From positions 480,001 through 544,000 of the forward strand of contig CAVPSJ010000004.1 in NCBI GenBank assembly GCA_963708295.1: 64,000 bases of DNA. Reading direction: 5' to 3'. Position numbers and translations under genes: made by a program. This stretch comes from an uncultured delta proteobacterium (GTDB lineage: Bacteria; Desulfobacterota; BSN033; UBA1163). The notes below the pieces were generated by a model. It was not told the origin of the DNA, ran no database searches, and saw only the letters and a program-made list of their open reading frames with translations. Below are positions 29,101 through 38,600 of the stretch, in pieces (positions within the stretch are counted from its first letter, which is position 1; every line of letters starts with the position of its first letter).

Positions 29101-29460
29101 TGGGCGGAGATGAAGCGACATTGCGAGATCGGCTATCGGATTGCCCTGTCCGCCTCCGACCTCGTTCCGATTGCCGACTGGATCCTCAAACACCATGAGT
29201 GGTGGGATGGCCAGGGGTATCCTCTCGGCATCAAGGGAGAAGAGATCCCCGTCGAGTGCCGTTTGTTGGCGATTGCGGATGCCTATGAAGCCCTCACCAG
29301 TACCCGCCCCTATCGCAGGCCATGTTCCCATTGGGAGGCTGTGGCTGAGCTCCGCAGACACGCTGGAACACAGTTCGACCCCGAAATTTTAGAAATGTTT
29401 GTGAAGATGTTGGAAGCTCTTTTCTGCGAGTTAGAGCTTACCCCAGCCTCCACCGTCTGA
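26182..29460 (+). CDS. Membrane sensor: Cache-HAMP-3xPAS-GGDEF-HD-GYP
   Basis: Two TMs, HAMP (DELGELGRVFDEMA), PAS/PAC ends DITDRK, RGGD...GGDEF, HDIGK...HHEWWDGQGYP. Confidence 0.92.
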   Translation: MRLPFFKTIRSRLLLLVLISLLPALGIIIYSGVELSSREIEDAKSDSLEAVKGLSYEHERVMESTRQFLMTLAKIPDIQNLNVTANKRLLEGLLKQNPSYGGIIVLDAQGILCSSAPPDKSTSLASSKFFQDVLRTKDFSVGEYAICRSLNRPVLHLAYPITNAQGKFKGAVAVSLDIAHYARMFSMEKLPQGSTLSISDHRGVLLYAYPENGNHMPRTDLPDTIGYMSDLGREGVFTYAGVDDVRRINAYRRFRLKPNQSAYLFIRVGIPEGKAFQHAKRRLSINVVLLGVAFLIAVFSAWFLGNAIIVRGLQRLVEASRKIEQGDLKTRTGLDKKSDELGELGRVFDEMAEALETKNAENEQVQERLRKTADQWQTTFDSITDLVMILDKECRIVRANEESIRLFNLPMDRIVGNYCYALMHKMNMPPEPCPYQKMIETGKREETELYLADRDTWLFVSVDPILDHDGEVIGLVHIAKDITDRKRAENALRQSEEKFRELYDHAPVGYCEYDTQGRITNVSLTDLEILGYTREEMVGHHIWEFNVGAETVRRQVLEKLKGFRPPGHDLERIYRRKDGTVFPVLIKDRLILNEQGEITGIRCTIQDITDRKRGEERLRESEERFRQLAENIREVFYIYEEGILRYVSPAFAEIWGCPPETLFQDPEFHLKTIHPEDRDDVKRSIEKRSQQEVEVIYRIVRPDQSIRWIKNRSFRISDDSHRIVGIATDITDLKLGEEKLRYLSLRDPLTGLYNRIYFEEEISRIEKTRRGTVGILSCDVDGLKLVNDTLGHDQGDRLLAAAARVIRDSFRGGDLAARIGGDEFAVILPNTTQSAVENACQRIQEAVESYNTITPELPLSISIGFAIRNDSHKNLKDVYKEADNHMYRKKLYRTQSIRSTIVSTLINTLKARDLATERHASRLEKLLVRMAALIGLSESATADLSLLAKFHDIGKVGISDAILLKEGPFTPEEWAEMKRHCEIGYRIALSASDLVPIADWILKHHEWWDGQGYPLGIKGEEIPVECRLLAIADAYEALTSTRPYRRPCSHWEAVAELRRHAGTQFDPEILEMFVKMLEALFCELELTPASTV

Positions 29461-29612
29461 AGTCTCCTCTTGGTTTGCGGTCAACCCCTTTTAATTCTCT
29501 GCAAATTAGTTTATTCTAAGAACTTGAATTCGCTATAGGGTTCTCTAGACATTTCTCCCCTCCTGTTTTGGGAAGTTCTGTCATTCTCCTCGTTATCGGG
29601 TTGAGGGAGGTT

Positions 29613-31874
29613 ATGAACGAAACGCACATTCCTAAGATTGCCCAAGAATTGGGTTTCACCCCCAAACAGGTCCAGGCCACAGCGGACCTTTTGAAGGAAG
29701 GGGCCACCATCCCTTTTATCGCCCGATACCGGAAGGAGGTGACGGGTTCTCTGGATGAGGTTGCCATCTCAACGGTTCGAGACCGCCTCAATCAGCTCAT
29801 GGAATTAGACAGGCGACGTGAAGGCATCCTCAAATCATTGGAGGAGCGGGGGCAGCTCACAGACGAGTTAAAGGAGAAGATCGTCTCTGCGGAGACCATG
29901 GCGGTTCTGGAAGACATTTATCTGCCCTACCGGCCCAAGCGCCGGACCCGGGCAATGATCGCCAGAGAGAAGGGACTGGAGCCTCTGGCCCAGCGTCTTT
30001 TTGCACAGGAAGATTTCGATCCATGGACCGAGGCATCAGCCTTTGTCGATCCTGAAAAAGGGGTGAATTCCGCGGAAGACGCCCTCGCCGGAGCCCGTGA
30101 CATCATCGCAGAATGGGTCAATGAAGATCAAATGGCCCGAGCCAGGATGCGTGAATTCTTCTCATCGAAAGCTGTCTTTAAGTCGAAGGTCATCCCGGAA
30201 AAAGAGGGTGAGGGGATGAAATACAAGGATTACTTCGACTGGCAGGAGCCAGTCGGCACAGCACCCTCCCATCGGATTCTGGCCATGAGGCGAGGAGAAA
30301 GGGAGGGCTTTCTTGCCCTGCGGGTCTTACCCCCTGAAGACGAGGCATTGGACATTCTCGAGGGCCTTTTTGTCAAAGGAGAGGGGCCTGTATCTCAGCA
30401 GGTCAAAATGTCCGTGGACGACAGCTATAAGAGATTGCTCTCTCCTTCTATGGAGACTGAAATCCGCCTTGAAACAAAGAGACGGGCGGATGAGGAGGCC
30501 ATACGGGTTTTTGTCGAGAACATCCGTCAACTTCTTCTTGCTCCGCCATTGGGCCAGAAGAACGTTCTTGCGATTGACCCGGGTTTCCGGACGGGCTGCA
30601 AAGTCGTCTGTCTTGACCGGCAAGGAAAACTGCTTCATACCGAAACCATCTATCCTCTCCAGTCCGAGAGGGGTGCAGCCGAATCTGGCTCAACGATCCG
30701 TGGACTGTGTGAGCGATTCATCGTAGAGGCTATTGCCGTTGGAAACGGGACGGCGGGAAGGGAGACAGAGGCTTTCATCCGCAGCCTCGACCTCTCAAAG
30801 AACATTCAGGTAATGATGGTCAATGAGAGCGGCGCGTCGGTTTACTCGGCATCGGAAGTGGCGCGGGAGGAGTTTCCTGACCGGGATGTGACCGTGCGGG
30901 GAGCCGTATCCATCGGCCGCAGGCTGATGGACCCTCTCGCAGAGCTGGTGAAGATCGATCCAAAATCAATCGGCGTTGGCCAATACCAGCACGATGTGGA
31001 CCAGGGAGCCTTGAAGAGCAGCCTCGACGATGTAGTCACGAGCTGCGTGAACCGTGTAGGCGTTGAAGTCAATACGGCAAGTAAACAGCTGCTGACCTAT
31101 GTCTCAGGGTTGGGACCCCAGCTTGCAAAGGGGATCGTGGAGTACCGGGATGAACATGGTCCATTTCGTTCGAGACAGGCATTGAAGCAGGTGCCCCGCT
31201 TAGGACCCAAAGCCTTTGAGCAGGCGGCAGGTTTTTTGCGCATCCGGGATGGCGAAAACCCGCTCGATGGAAGCGCTGTCCATCCGGAGAGCTATCCAAC
31301 GGTCGATACCATGGCAAGGGATCTGGGCTGCTCGGTCCTTGATCTGATGCATGACGAAAAATTCCGAGGGAGAATTGATCTCGGGCGATATCTTTCGGAT
31401 AAGACAGGCCTTCCCACGTTGAATGACATCCTGTCGGAACTCTCTAAACCCGGCCGTGATCCTCGCGAACAGCTCGAGTCCTTTCGATTTGCTGAAGGGA
31501 TTGAAAAGATAGAAGATGTACAACCCGGGATGAAGTTGCCCGGGATCGTGACCAATATCACGGCATTTGGTGTTTTTGTCGACATTGGCGTCCACCAGGA
31601 CGGACTGATCCATATCAGTGAGGTTTCCCATCGCTTTGTGAAAAATGCTGCCGAGGTGGTGAGGGTCCATCAAAAGGTCATGGTAACGGTCCTAGCCGTG
31701 GACGTTGGAAGAAAACGAATCTCCCTTTCCATGAAGGATGGTCCGCCCCAACCCCGAAGCATGTCAGCGCCAGGGGAGAAAAAGAAGGAAGAGAAAAGTC
31801 ACGAAAGCAGGCAAAAAAGGAAAAGCACCTTCACGAATAATCCGTTTGCTGCTGCACTCATAAACAAGAACTAG
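29613..31874 (+). CDS. tex: Tex transcription accessory protein
   Basis: GATIPFIARYRKE, LEDIYLPY, DPGFRTGCK, NESGASVYSAS, DPKSIGVGQYQHD, C-terminal S1 domain. Confidence 0.95.
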   Translation: MNETHIPKIAQELGFTPKQVQATADLLKEGATIPFIARYRKEVTGSLDEVAISTVRDRLNQLMELDRRREGILKSLEERGQLTDELKEKIVSAETMAVLEDIYLPYRPKRRTRAMIAREKGLEPLAQRLFAQEDFDPWTEASAFVDPEKGVNSAEDALAGARDIIAEWVNEDQMARARMREFFSSKAVFKSKVIPEKEGEGMKYKDYFDWQEPVGTAPSHRILAMRRGEREGFLALRVLPPEDEALDILEGLFVKGEGPVSQQVKMSVDDSYKRLLSPSMETEIRLETKRRADEEAIRVFVENIRQLLLAPPLGQKNVLAIDPGFRTGCKVVCLDRQGKLLHTETIYPLQSERGAAESGSTIRGLCERFIVEAIAVGNGTAGRETEAFIRSLDLSKNIQVMMVNESGASVYSASEVAREEFPDRDVTVRGAVSIGRRLMDPLAELVKIDPKSIGVGQYQHDVDQGALKSSLDDVVTSCVNRVGVEVNTASKQLLTYVSGLGPQLAKGIVEYRDEHGPFRSRQALKQVPRLGPKAFEQAAGFLRIRDGENPLDGSAVHPESYPTVDTMARDLGCSVLDLMHDEKFRGRIDLGRYLSDKTGLPTLNDILSELSKPGRDPREQLESFRFAEGIEKIEDVQPGMKLPGIVTNITAFGVFVDIGVHQDGLIHISEVSHRFVKNAAEVVRVHQKVMVTVLAVDVGRKRISLSMKDGPPQPRSMSAPGEKKKEEKSHESRQKRKSTFTNNPFAAALINKN

Positions 31875-32041
31875 TTGCAAAGCTCCTCTCTTGCAAGCCG
31901 GTCAAAAATACCCCGGCGGCCTTCGTCTCCGGGCGGCTGGTCGTGGGCGGATGCAGCTTGAGCCTTGAAGCATTCCGCTTGCCGGAGCGCATTCGCCCAG
32001 CCGGCGGATGGGTGAGGCTTTTTTGTAGACAATTCTTTAAT

Positions 32042-32797
32042 ATGACGGCTACTCGGGTTCTCAACCCAAGATCCAAGACGATATCTTTCGCGTGGAAGCC
32101 ACTCGTCATGCTGGCGGTCGTGGCGGCCGCGTTCGCGTTGGCCTATTTCACGCCGGTGCGCAACTTTCTCGGCAACATTCAAATGGTCAAACTCTGGCTG
32201 CTCTCGCTGGGGTGGGTGGGGCCGGCTGCATGGATGGGGATTGTTTTCGTGCTGGTGGCCGCGGGCATGCCCCGCCTACTGTTCTGCCCCATCGGCGGGT
32301 TGGCATTCGGATTCTGGTATGGCCTCCTATGGACACAGGTGGCGACACTGGCCGGTTACTATGTGTTGTTTCTCTTCGTGCGCTGGGGCGGTCAGGATTT
32401 TGTCTTGGGCCACTGGCCAAAGGTCGGGCGGTTAAAGAGGCATTTCAACGGCCATCCCGCGGCACTAACGGTCTTTGCCGTACGCCAGCTCCCCGTCAGC
32501 GGGCTGGTTATTAACTTTCTCTTGGCACTCTCACCCATCCGACACAGTCACTTTCTGATAGGAACCGCATTCGGGATTCTACCCGCGGCGATCCCCTTCA
32601 CCCTGGTAGCCAGCGGCATGCTCAAGCTGAACGGCCAAAACACGCCTTTTTATATAGCCGCTGCGGTGGGGATCTTCCTGCTCGTATGTGCCACTATGTG
32701 GTATTTTTCTCGCCATGTAAAACTTCTGGCCGATCTGGGTAGCGAAACCAGAAGCGTGGGGGAAGAAGCCGAAAGCTCATCACCCGACGCTCCCTGA
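32042..32797 (+). CDS. TVP38/TMEM64 (VTT/DedA) membrane protein
   Basis: Multi-TM; GGLAFGFWYG, R-x-x-P, F-x-x-GT-x-x-GILP. Confidence 0.82.
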   Translation: MTATRVLNPRSKTISFAWKPLVMLAVVAAAFALAYFTPVRNFLGNIQMVKLWLLSLGWVGPAAWMGIVFVLVAAGMPRLLFCPIGGLAFGFWYGLLWTQVATLAGYYVLFLFVRWGGQDFVLGHWPKVGRLKRHFNGHPAALTVFAVRQLPVSGLVINFLLALSPIRHSHFLIGTAFGILPAAIPFTLVASGMLKLNGQNTPFYIAAAVGIFLLVCATMWYFSRHVKLLADLGSETRSVGEEAESSSPDAP

Positions 32798-33053
32798 AAG
32801 AAGAGCGAGAAGGTCATGAGGTGCTTCGAAAACAACCCCATCTCCTGTGATCCTTCTTGACCTCCCCCAGTTTCTGCTTTTCTCTAAAAGGGCCTGAGCG
32901 AACCCAATCACTTTCCAGTGCAACCGCATTTCAAAGTCTTGGGAATTTGTCTGCTTACCGGCTGGTCCCATCGGAGGGCGCGGCGTGGTTACCCTTTTTC
33001 ATCCCCGATGATAGATGTTCGGAGGAATGCGTCATCGAGGAATCCATTCGACT

Positions 33054-34097
33054 CTAAGGCGCGAAATAGGGACGGAGTTGATGGGCTACCTCCTCGGGCG
33101 GCTCTACAACGAACCCGTCATGGAGAATGCTGGACGAATACCAGGTGTCACTGACCGGGTAGGTCTGCACGCTGGATCGAGAGACAATCTTCATTCCCGC
33201 CCAAAAATAGCGACTGAGTTTCTTATCGAGGGGTCCCGAATAGATGGCGTAGTTGAAGCAAGAAAACCCTTTGTCATGATAAGCCCTTAACACCCGTGAA
33301 ATACCCTCGGCAAGATTTTCCCAATCGTTATCGTCAAATTCCAAGAAGTTAGACTTATCCCTCACGACGGCATTCACCTCGTCCTCTTTCATTGGAGCAA
33401 ACGGAGTGAACCATTCCGTAGATCCCAAGCTTCCCAGATACCTTTCGCCAAGCTCTTTCTCCTTCTCGATTAACTCCTCCCAAAAATTCCGAGAATACTT
33501 CCTGTGATGGGACCTTCCTTTTTCTGTGTAGACCTTGATCAGGGAATGGGGACCATGAGACAGAATCACCTGAAGGTGAGGATGGACCATGCTGGCTCCG
33601 CTGGGGTAAAGATAGTTACCGCCGATCTCAGCATATTCGACGCCGCCTACTTGGTGAGCCCGTCGGATATAAAAATCCGCCAGCCTGAGAGCGTCCGTAA
33701 GAATACTCGGCGAAAACTCGTTGAGCTTTAAATAATGTTTCCGGGTGATGGCGATGATCGCGGAATATTGCTTATGGGCAAAAAGGTTGGGGAACAGGAT
33801 CGCCTCACCCCGCGTCAACCTTCCCTCGGAGATAAAATCAATCGGGAATGTTGGAGTCGAGGTTGCCACTTTTCCCGGGCAGAAAAAACACTTTCCCCGA
33901 GTTTCTTCAATCAGCTTTTCTAAAACAGCTGCGTCTGTTTTGTAAACCCCGGCCCAGAATGCCCGGCCGGTGCGTATGAAGGAAGTAAAACCGCTGAGAG
34001 GATCCTCACGGTATTCAATTGGTTGACAATCGATCTCAAAATTCTTAAGCGGGTTATGAAGCAAGGCCTCTTCTTCAAACTTTTTGAACCGGATCAT
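33054..34097 (-). CDS. GalT-like HIT-superfamily nucleotidyltransferase
   Basis: EYREDPLSG, CFFCP, FPNLF, GASMVHPHLQ (HxHxQ). Confidence 0.82.
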   Translation of the reverse strand: MIRFKKFEEEALLHNPLKNFEIDCQPIEYREDPLSGFTSFIRTGRAFWAGVYKTDAAVLEKLIEETRGKCFFCPGKVATSTPTFPIDFISEGRLTRGEAILFPNLFAHKQYSAIIAITRKHYLKLNEFSPSILTDALRLADFYIRRAHQVGGVEYAEIGGNYLYPSGASMVHPHLQVILSHGPHSLIKVYTEKGRSHHRKYSRNFWEELIEKEKELGERYLGSLGSTEWFTPFAPMKEDEVNAVVRDKSNFLEFDDNDWENLAEGISRVLRAYHDKGFSCFNYAIYSGPLDKKLSRYFWAGMKIVSRSSVQTYPVSDTWYSSSILHDGFVVEPPEEVAHQLRPYFAP

Positions 34098-34849
34098 CTT
34101 TTCCTCCCTTGGGCTCGGATTTCCAAAAGAACAAGCCTTAGTTTCTTGCCGGAAGCTTTCGCTGGATGAATATGTCCTTTTTACAGGATTTGCTGTTGAA
34201 ATTCAAACAGGAATAAGTCAGCGGATAACCGATGATTCATTCTCTTCTTCAGAGCAGACGGACATGTTGTGTCGCAAATAGAAGACCAAAAAATCCCTAC
34301 CGGGAAATAATACCGTTACGGCGTACCGAAGAGAAGTTCAAAAACAGAAAGCTAACCCAAAAGGTTAGCTTTCTCCGAATTGTTTATTTGGAAACCCGCC
34401 TTCTCCAAAATAGCTCACGGGTTCCCTTTTTTTTTCGGGGGATCGGCTTGGAACCTACCCCCTATCTATGGGAAATTTCCATCTGTGAATTTGTCCGTAT
34501 GTTGCTTTGCTTGCTTTCGTTCTCCTTTCCTATAATCATTATAATCTATTTTTCTTTTTTGAGCCAATCGACGAAACCCGATGCCGGGCCTCAGATCTTC
34601 GTTCTTCTCCTCGCTCATACCATTCGGCTCAACACGGGAAATGCCAAAGCAAAGGGTTTCTCAAATCAAGTAGCGCGGATGGGCTTAAAGGATAACTTCT
34701 ACCCCATTTTCAGGATTCCGGGATTCGCTAAGAGACGAACTCGTAGCCCAGCGACATGGTAGCCCGGTGACGAGGCGAAGCGCCTGGATGTTTTTGGCCG
34801 ACACTTCATCAAATAATTATGGTATAATACCACTCACCAGGGGATTTAG

Positions 34850-35095
34850 ATGAATTTTTCAACATACACCGACATCATCGTTTCCTTTGCTCAGAACAAC
34901 CCGGTTATCGTAATTGTTATTGTGCTGGGCCTTCTTTACTTCATCTACCGGAAGCCAAAACTTTTTTTTGGCCTTCTCGGTCTCGGGCTGGTGCTGGCAG
35001 GACTGTTTTATCTGGTCATGACGATGGCGGGGTCGGGGTCGGAGAAGAAGAAAACACTGACTCACGAGGAAGAGCAATCCGATACCACCCGTTGA
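34850..35095 (+). CDS. Small two-TM hypothetical protein
   Basis: 81 aa with two hydrophobic helices; upstream TGGTATAAT extended -10 and AGGGGA RBS. Confidence 0.65.
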   Translation: MNFSTYTDIIVSFAQNNPVIVIVIVLGLLYFIYRKPKLFFGLLGLGLVLAGLFYLVMTMAGSGSEKKKTLTHEEEQSDTTR

Positions 35096-35195
35096 CGCTT
35101 CGCTTTTACCAAACCAGGGAGTTCTTTGACTCGCGACACCCATCTCGTGTCCAATCTACTCCCGTCCAAAGGGGTATTCAGGATGGTCAGGCGTG

Positions 35196-35318
35196 GGCAA
35201 TTCTTTGCCATTCGTTCAAACTGTACGGCAAAATTTGGCCACTTATTATATTCTATCTTCAAAAAACCTATAAAAAACAAAAACTTGAAATCGCTGACCA
35301 ATTGGCATAGAATATGCT
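35196..35318 (+). promoter_or_regulatory. sigma54 promoter with two upstream palindromic enhancer-like sites
   Basis: TTGGCATAGAATATGCT at 35302-35318. GGCAATTCTTTGCC (35196) and GGCAAAATTTGGCC (35227) are 31 bp apart, followed by an A-tract spacer. Confidence 0.7.
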
Positions 35319-35421
35319 CACTTATCCTCGCAGAATTTGTCAAAGGAACACGTGTCTCCAAGCGAGGTGACGGCCTGACCGGCCGCAAAACGGTATGAGA
35401 AGCTTTACCTGATGCTGGATT

Positions 35422-36555
35422 TTGGCCGATCACTTGACAACGATTCATGAGATCATGATCTCGATCTTCACCGGAAAGAAAGAATTCAAAATTCGTCAGG
35501 ACATCCTCCGCGGTGTCTACGAAGAAAACCTCTCGATACTCGGCAGGGGCCAACCCCCCCTGTCACGACGGAGATCTTTCTTTGCGAAAGGAATTTTCTT
35601 GTCCATGGTGCTCTCCGCCTTTGTGGTTCTCATGCCCGACCAACACACGGGCAGTTCATTCGCGCCAGCAGAACGCACCCTGAAGATCAGCTCACTTCCC
35701 GTTTCGCTTCCCCCGGCAATGGTTTCAGCAGAATTGTCCCCGGATACGGACAAGTACCCTCATCTTCCCGCCGCAAGTGCTGCCCCGGAAGTCCCGCCGA
35801 ACTCTTCCGAGTTCAGTGCCATTCTAAACAATCACAATGTATCCCTCATGCGGATGCTTGGGCTGAAAATTAGGACGATCATGATCGATGCAGGCCATGG
35901 CGGATCCGATTCGGGCACCATTGGAAAGACCGGTACGAAGGAAAAGGATATCACCCTCGATCTCGCTAAGAGACTGAAAGCCCATTTGCTCAAGAGCAAC
36001 CTCCACGTCCTCATGACGAGGGAGGATGATTCGACCGTGCCACTTCTCGAACGGGTGACCCTTGTCCGTGAAGCAAAAGCCGACCTTTTCATCTCCATTC
36101 ATCTCAATTACTTGCCAAAGAAGAACACGAATATCATTGAAACGTATTATTTCGGACCTTCCGATGACAAGAAAACGCTGAGGCTCGCCGAGAAAGAAAA
36201 CGCAGGATCGGAATATGGATTGAGCGATTTCAGGGAAGTCGTGGAAATGCTCGGCACGACCATGAAGCTTCAGGAATCCAAGGAGTTTGCTGAATCCATT
36301 CAGGCGAATCTGTTTCTGAATCGGAGTAAACATACAAAAGATATACAGGACCACGGCGTAAAGAGGGCACCCTTCGTGGTCCTTCTGGGCGTGGACGTGC
36401 CCTCCGTGCTGGCAGAGGTGTCCTGTCTCAGCAATCCTGAAGAAGAGCTTGATCTCAATTTTGAAAGCCACAGAGAGAATATTGCCAGTTACCTTGCAAC
36501 CGGTATTTTCGACTATCTCAATAAAGGAGCCCGAACCCATGAAGCCAAAAGATGA
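35422..36555 (+). CDS. Membrane-anchored N-acetylmuramoyl-L-alanine amidase (Amidase_3); start uncertain
   Basis: Cytoplasmic N-tail, TM, Pro-rich linker, then IDAGHGG...EK...FISIH...LAEV Zn-amidase motifs. Confidence 0.9.
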   Translation: MADHLTTIHEIMISIFTGKKEFKIRQDILRGVYEENLSILGRGQPPLSRRRSFFAKGIFLSMVLSAFVVLMPDQHTGSSFAPAERTLKISSLPVSLPPAMVSAELSPDTDKYPHLPAASAAPEVPPNSSEFSAILNNHNVSLMRMLGLKIRTIMIDAGHGGSDSGTIGKTGTKEKDITLDLAKRLKAHLLKSNLHVLMTREDDSTVPLLERVTLVREAKADLFISIHLNYLPKKNTNIIETYYFGPSDDKKTLRLAEKENAGSEYGLSDFREVVEMLGTTMKLQESKEFAESIQANLFLNRSKHTKDIQDHGVKRAPFVVLLGVDVPSVLAEVSCLSNPEEELDLNFESHRENIASYLATGIFDYLNKGARTHEAKR

Positions 36556-37567
36556 GCAGAAGGAAGACAACGTCCTGTTTGTCGGCATCGACCTTGGAAC
36601 ATCACGGAGTGCCATCTCTTCGAGCAATGGCATGCGGGAATGGATTGAGAGTTACGCCGGATGGCCGAAGGACTTTATCGCTGAGCAGGTCGTCGGAAAA
36701 CCGGTGCTCTTCGGAGCCGAAGCACTGCAGCACCGGCTTTCTCTCGACATCTGCAGGCCCCTTGAACGGGGCATCATCAAGGAAGGGATCGAAAGTAGCG
36801 AGAGGGCGGTCAAAGAAATCATCCGACATCTTATTGATCTTGCCAAGCCTGAGGCCGCCCACAAGATTCACGCAGTGGTCGGGGTCCCCGCCGATTCGCT
36901 AAAAGTCAATAAGCTTTCCATCCGGAGGGCGGTCGTAGAATATGTGCATACGCTCATGGTGGTATCGGAACCCTTTGCGATCGCCTACGGAATGAATCTG
37001 CTGAATGACGCGCTCATCATCGACATCGGGGCCGGGACCATTGACTTCTGCATCATGCATGGGACCATTCCTTCTGAAGAAGACCAGCGGACCATTTTCA
37101 CGGCAGGCGACTACATCGATGAGCAACTCTTCAATTATCTCATTGAGAAATACCCGAATTCAAAGTTCAACAAGAACATGGTGCGGCAGTTCAAGGAGAA
37201 ATTCAGTTTTGTGCGCGACATCCAAGAACAGATTCGCGTCGAGCTGCCGGTGAACGGCAAACCGGTCATGCATGACATCAAGGAGGAGATTCGGCGGGCA
37301 TGCGAGAGCATGCTGCCGTCACTCGTTGAGACTACGACCGAAATGATCGCCCGGTTTGATCCCGAATTCCAGATGAAGATAAAGAACAATATCGTTCTTG
37401 CGGGAGGAGGAAGTCTGATCCGAGGGATTGCTGAGTACCTACAGAATGCCTTGAGGGAATACGGCACCTGCAAGGTCACCTGCGTTGCAGACCCGCTCTT
37501 TGCGGGCGCGGATGGGGCGCTCAAGCTCGCCCAAGACATGCCGTCCAAATACTGGGAAACACTCTGA
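36539..37567 (+). CDS. MamK-family actin-like ATPase
   Basis: VGIDLGTS, GWPKD, V-x-GVPA, VVSEPF-x-x-x-YG, IIDIGAGT-x-D-x-C-x-x-x-GT-x-P-x-x-EDQ, KEKFSFV, NIVLAGGGS-x-IRG, DP-x-F-x-G-x-x-GALKLA-x-x-x-P-x-x-YW. These are MamK-type rather than MreB-type blocks. AAGGAG RBS. Confidence 0.88.
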   Translation: MKPKDEQKEDNVLFVGIDLGTSRSAISSSNGMREWIESYAGWPKDFIAEQVVGKPVLFGAEALQHRLSLDICRPLERGIIKEGIESSERAVKEIIRHLIDLAKPEAAHKIHAVVGVPADSLKVNKLSIRRAVVEYVHTLMVVSEPFAIAYGMNLLNDALIIDIGAGTIDFCIMHGTIPSEEDQRTIFTAGDYIDEQLFNYLIEKYPNSKFNKNMVRQFKEKFSFVRDIQEQIRVELPVNGKPVMHDIKEEIRRACESMLPSLVETTTEMIARFDPEFQMKIKNNIVLAGGGSLIRGIAEYLQNALREYGTCKVTCVADPLFAGADGALKLAQDMPSKYWETL

Positions 37568-37577
37568 GCGCAGGCCG

Positions 37578-38582
37578 ATGTTTGAAGGTCTGAGGCGCCC
37601 CCTGAGAGAGCACATGACCGGCGAAACGATACTTGTCGTAGACGCAGGTGAGGACATAGATCAGAGAATGACCGCTACGCTCGAGGCGGAGAGCTACCTG
37701 GTCTATCCCGTCTCCAGCCAAGATGTGAACGCTGAGCTGGCTGAATTACTCCAGCCTTCGTTGACCTACATCAAGCCCCTTGACCTGAGCCCAACGGGGC
37801 TCAAACCCTGTAAAGCCATTCATGCCATTCCTCTCTTAAGAAAGGTCCCTGTTATTATCTTAGCCTCCATGAAAAAACCGCTGAGTCCCGACACCTCCAG
37901 GGAATACGGGGTCGTGGATTTTCTCGAACCGACATTCGGCCCGGAAGAGCTCATCGAAAAGACTCGATCGATTCTGGGAAAGACGGCTCCTTCGCGAAGC
38001 CCGATAGAGGATGGACCGACCCCCTTGCCACAACCTCAAAGGGAAACGAAGAAAAAGCGCCCTGCGTTTTTCCTGCCTGCGATCGGCATCGTGACCCTTC
38101 TGGTGATTGCCGGAGTGGGTATTCTGGCTTTTCAGCAATTTATGCCAGCCCAGAATATTTTGCCTTCTTCCACCGTGGCAGCCCCTGTTCGGGTTCCATC
38201 CCCCGCTCCTCGGGCTGAATCGAAACCGCAGTTGCCCCCGGAAAAGAACGTCGTAAATACTTCCGACCCTGTATCGCCCGTACCGTCCACGCCGCCCGGG
38301 CAACCCTCGTCGCGCTCATCGGAATCCGCATCCCAACCCCCACGCACGCCGTTCTACTCTGTCCAGCTGGGAGCCTTCAAGAATGAAGACAAAGCGCAGG
38401 CCCTCGCGAAGAAGTTCCGGGAAAAAGGATACGACGCATTTATTCATCTGGGCGTAGCAAAGGATAACTTTCCGATTTATAGAGTACTGGTCAGCAAGTA
38501 TGAAGAAAGAAAGGCTGCCAAAAAGCTGGCAGGAGAAATTCAATCGAGGGAAGAAATCCAGACCACCCTATACGGCGAATGA
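37578..38582 (+). CDS. Pseudo-receiver - TM - Pro-rich linker - SPOR domain protein
   Basis: REC fold (TILVVD...PSLTYIK, with Lys at the expected phospho-Asp position; VPVIIL), single TM, C-terminal SPOR FYSVQLGAF...YRVLV. Confidence 0.82.
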   Translation: MFEGLRRPLREHMTGETILVVDAGEDIDQRMTATLEAESYLVYPVSSQDVNAELAELLQPSLTYIKPLDLSPTGLKPCKAIHAIPLLRKVPVIILASMKKPLSPDTSREYGVVDFLEPTFGPEELIEKTRSILGKTAPSRSPIEDGPTPLPQPQRETKKKRPAFFLPAIGIVTLLVIAGVGILAFQQFMPAQNILPSSTVAAPVRVPSPAPRAESKPQLPPEKNVVNTSDPVSPVPSTPPGQPSSRSSESASQPPRTPFYSVQLGAFKNEDKAQALAKKFREKGYDAFIHLGVAKDNFPIYRVLVSKYEERKAAKKLAGEIQSREEIQTTLYGE

Positions 38583-38600
38583 TGATCAAGACGCGAAGCC

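Noticed and set aside
34100-34800. Riboswitch or ncRNA in the 700-bp intergenic gap; 176-aa ORF 34232-34762
   Set aside because: I found no recognisable riboswitch consensus, and the ORF looks like translated low-complexity non-coding sequence. An Infernal scan would settle it.
35395-35424. In-frame ATG...TGA-TGC upstream of the amidase as a Sec codon
   Set aside because: No SECIS-like hairpin follows, and Sec is implausible in an amidase N-tail. The start codon is simply uncertain.
36539-37567. Evidence of a magnetosome island, or the housekeeping mreB
   Set aside because: No other mam/mad genes or mreCD in the window, and the motifs are MamK-type rather than MreB-type.
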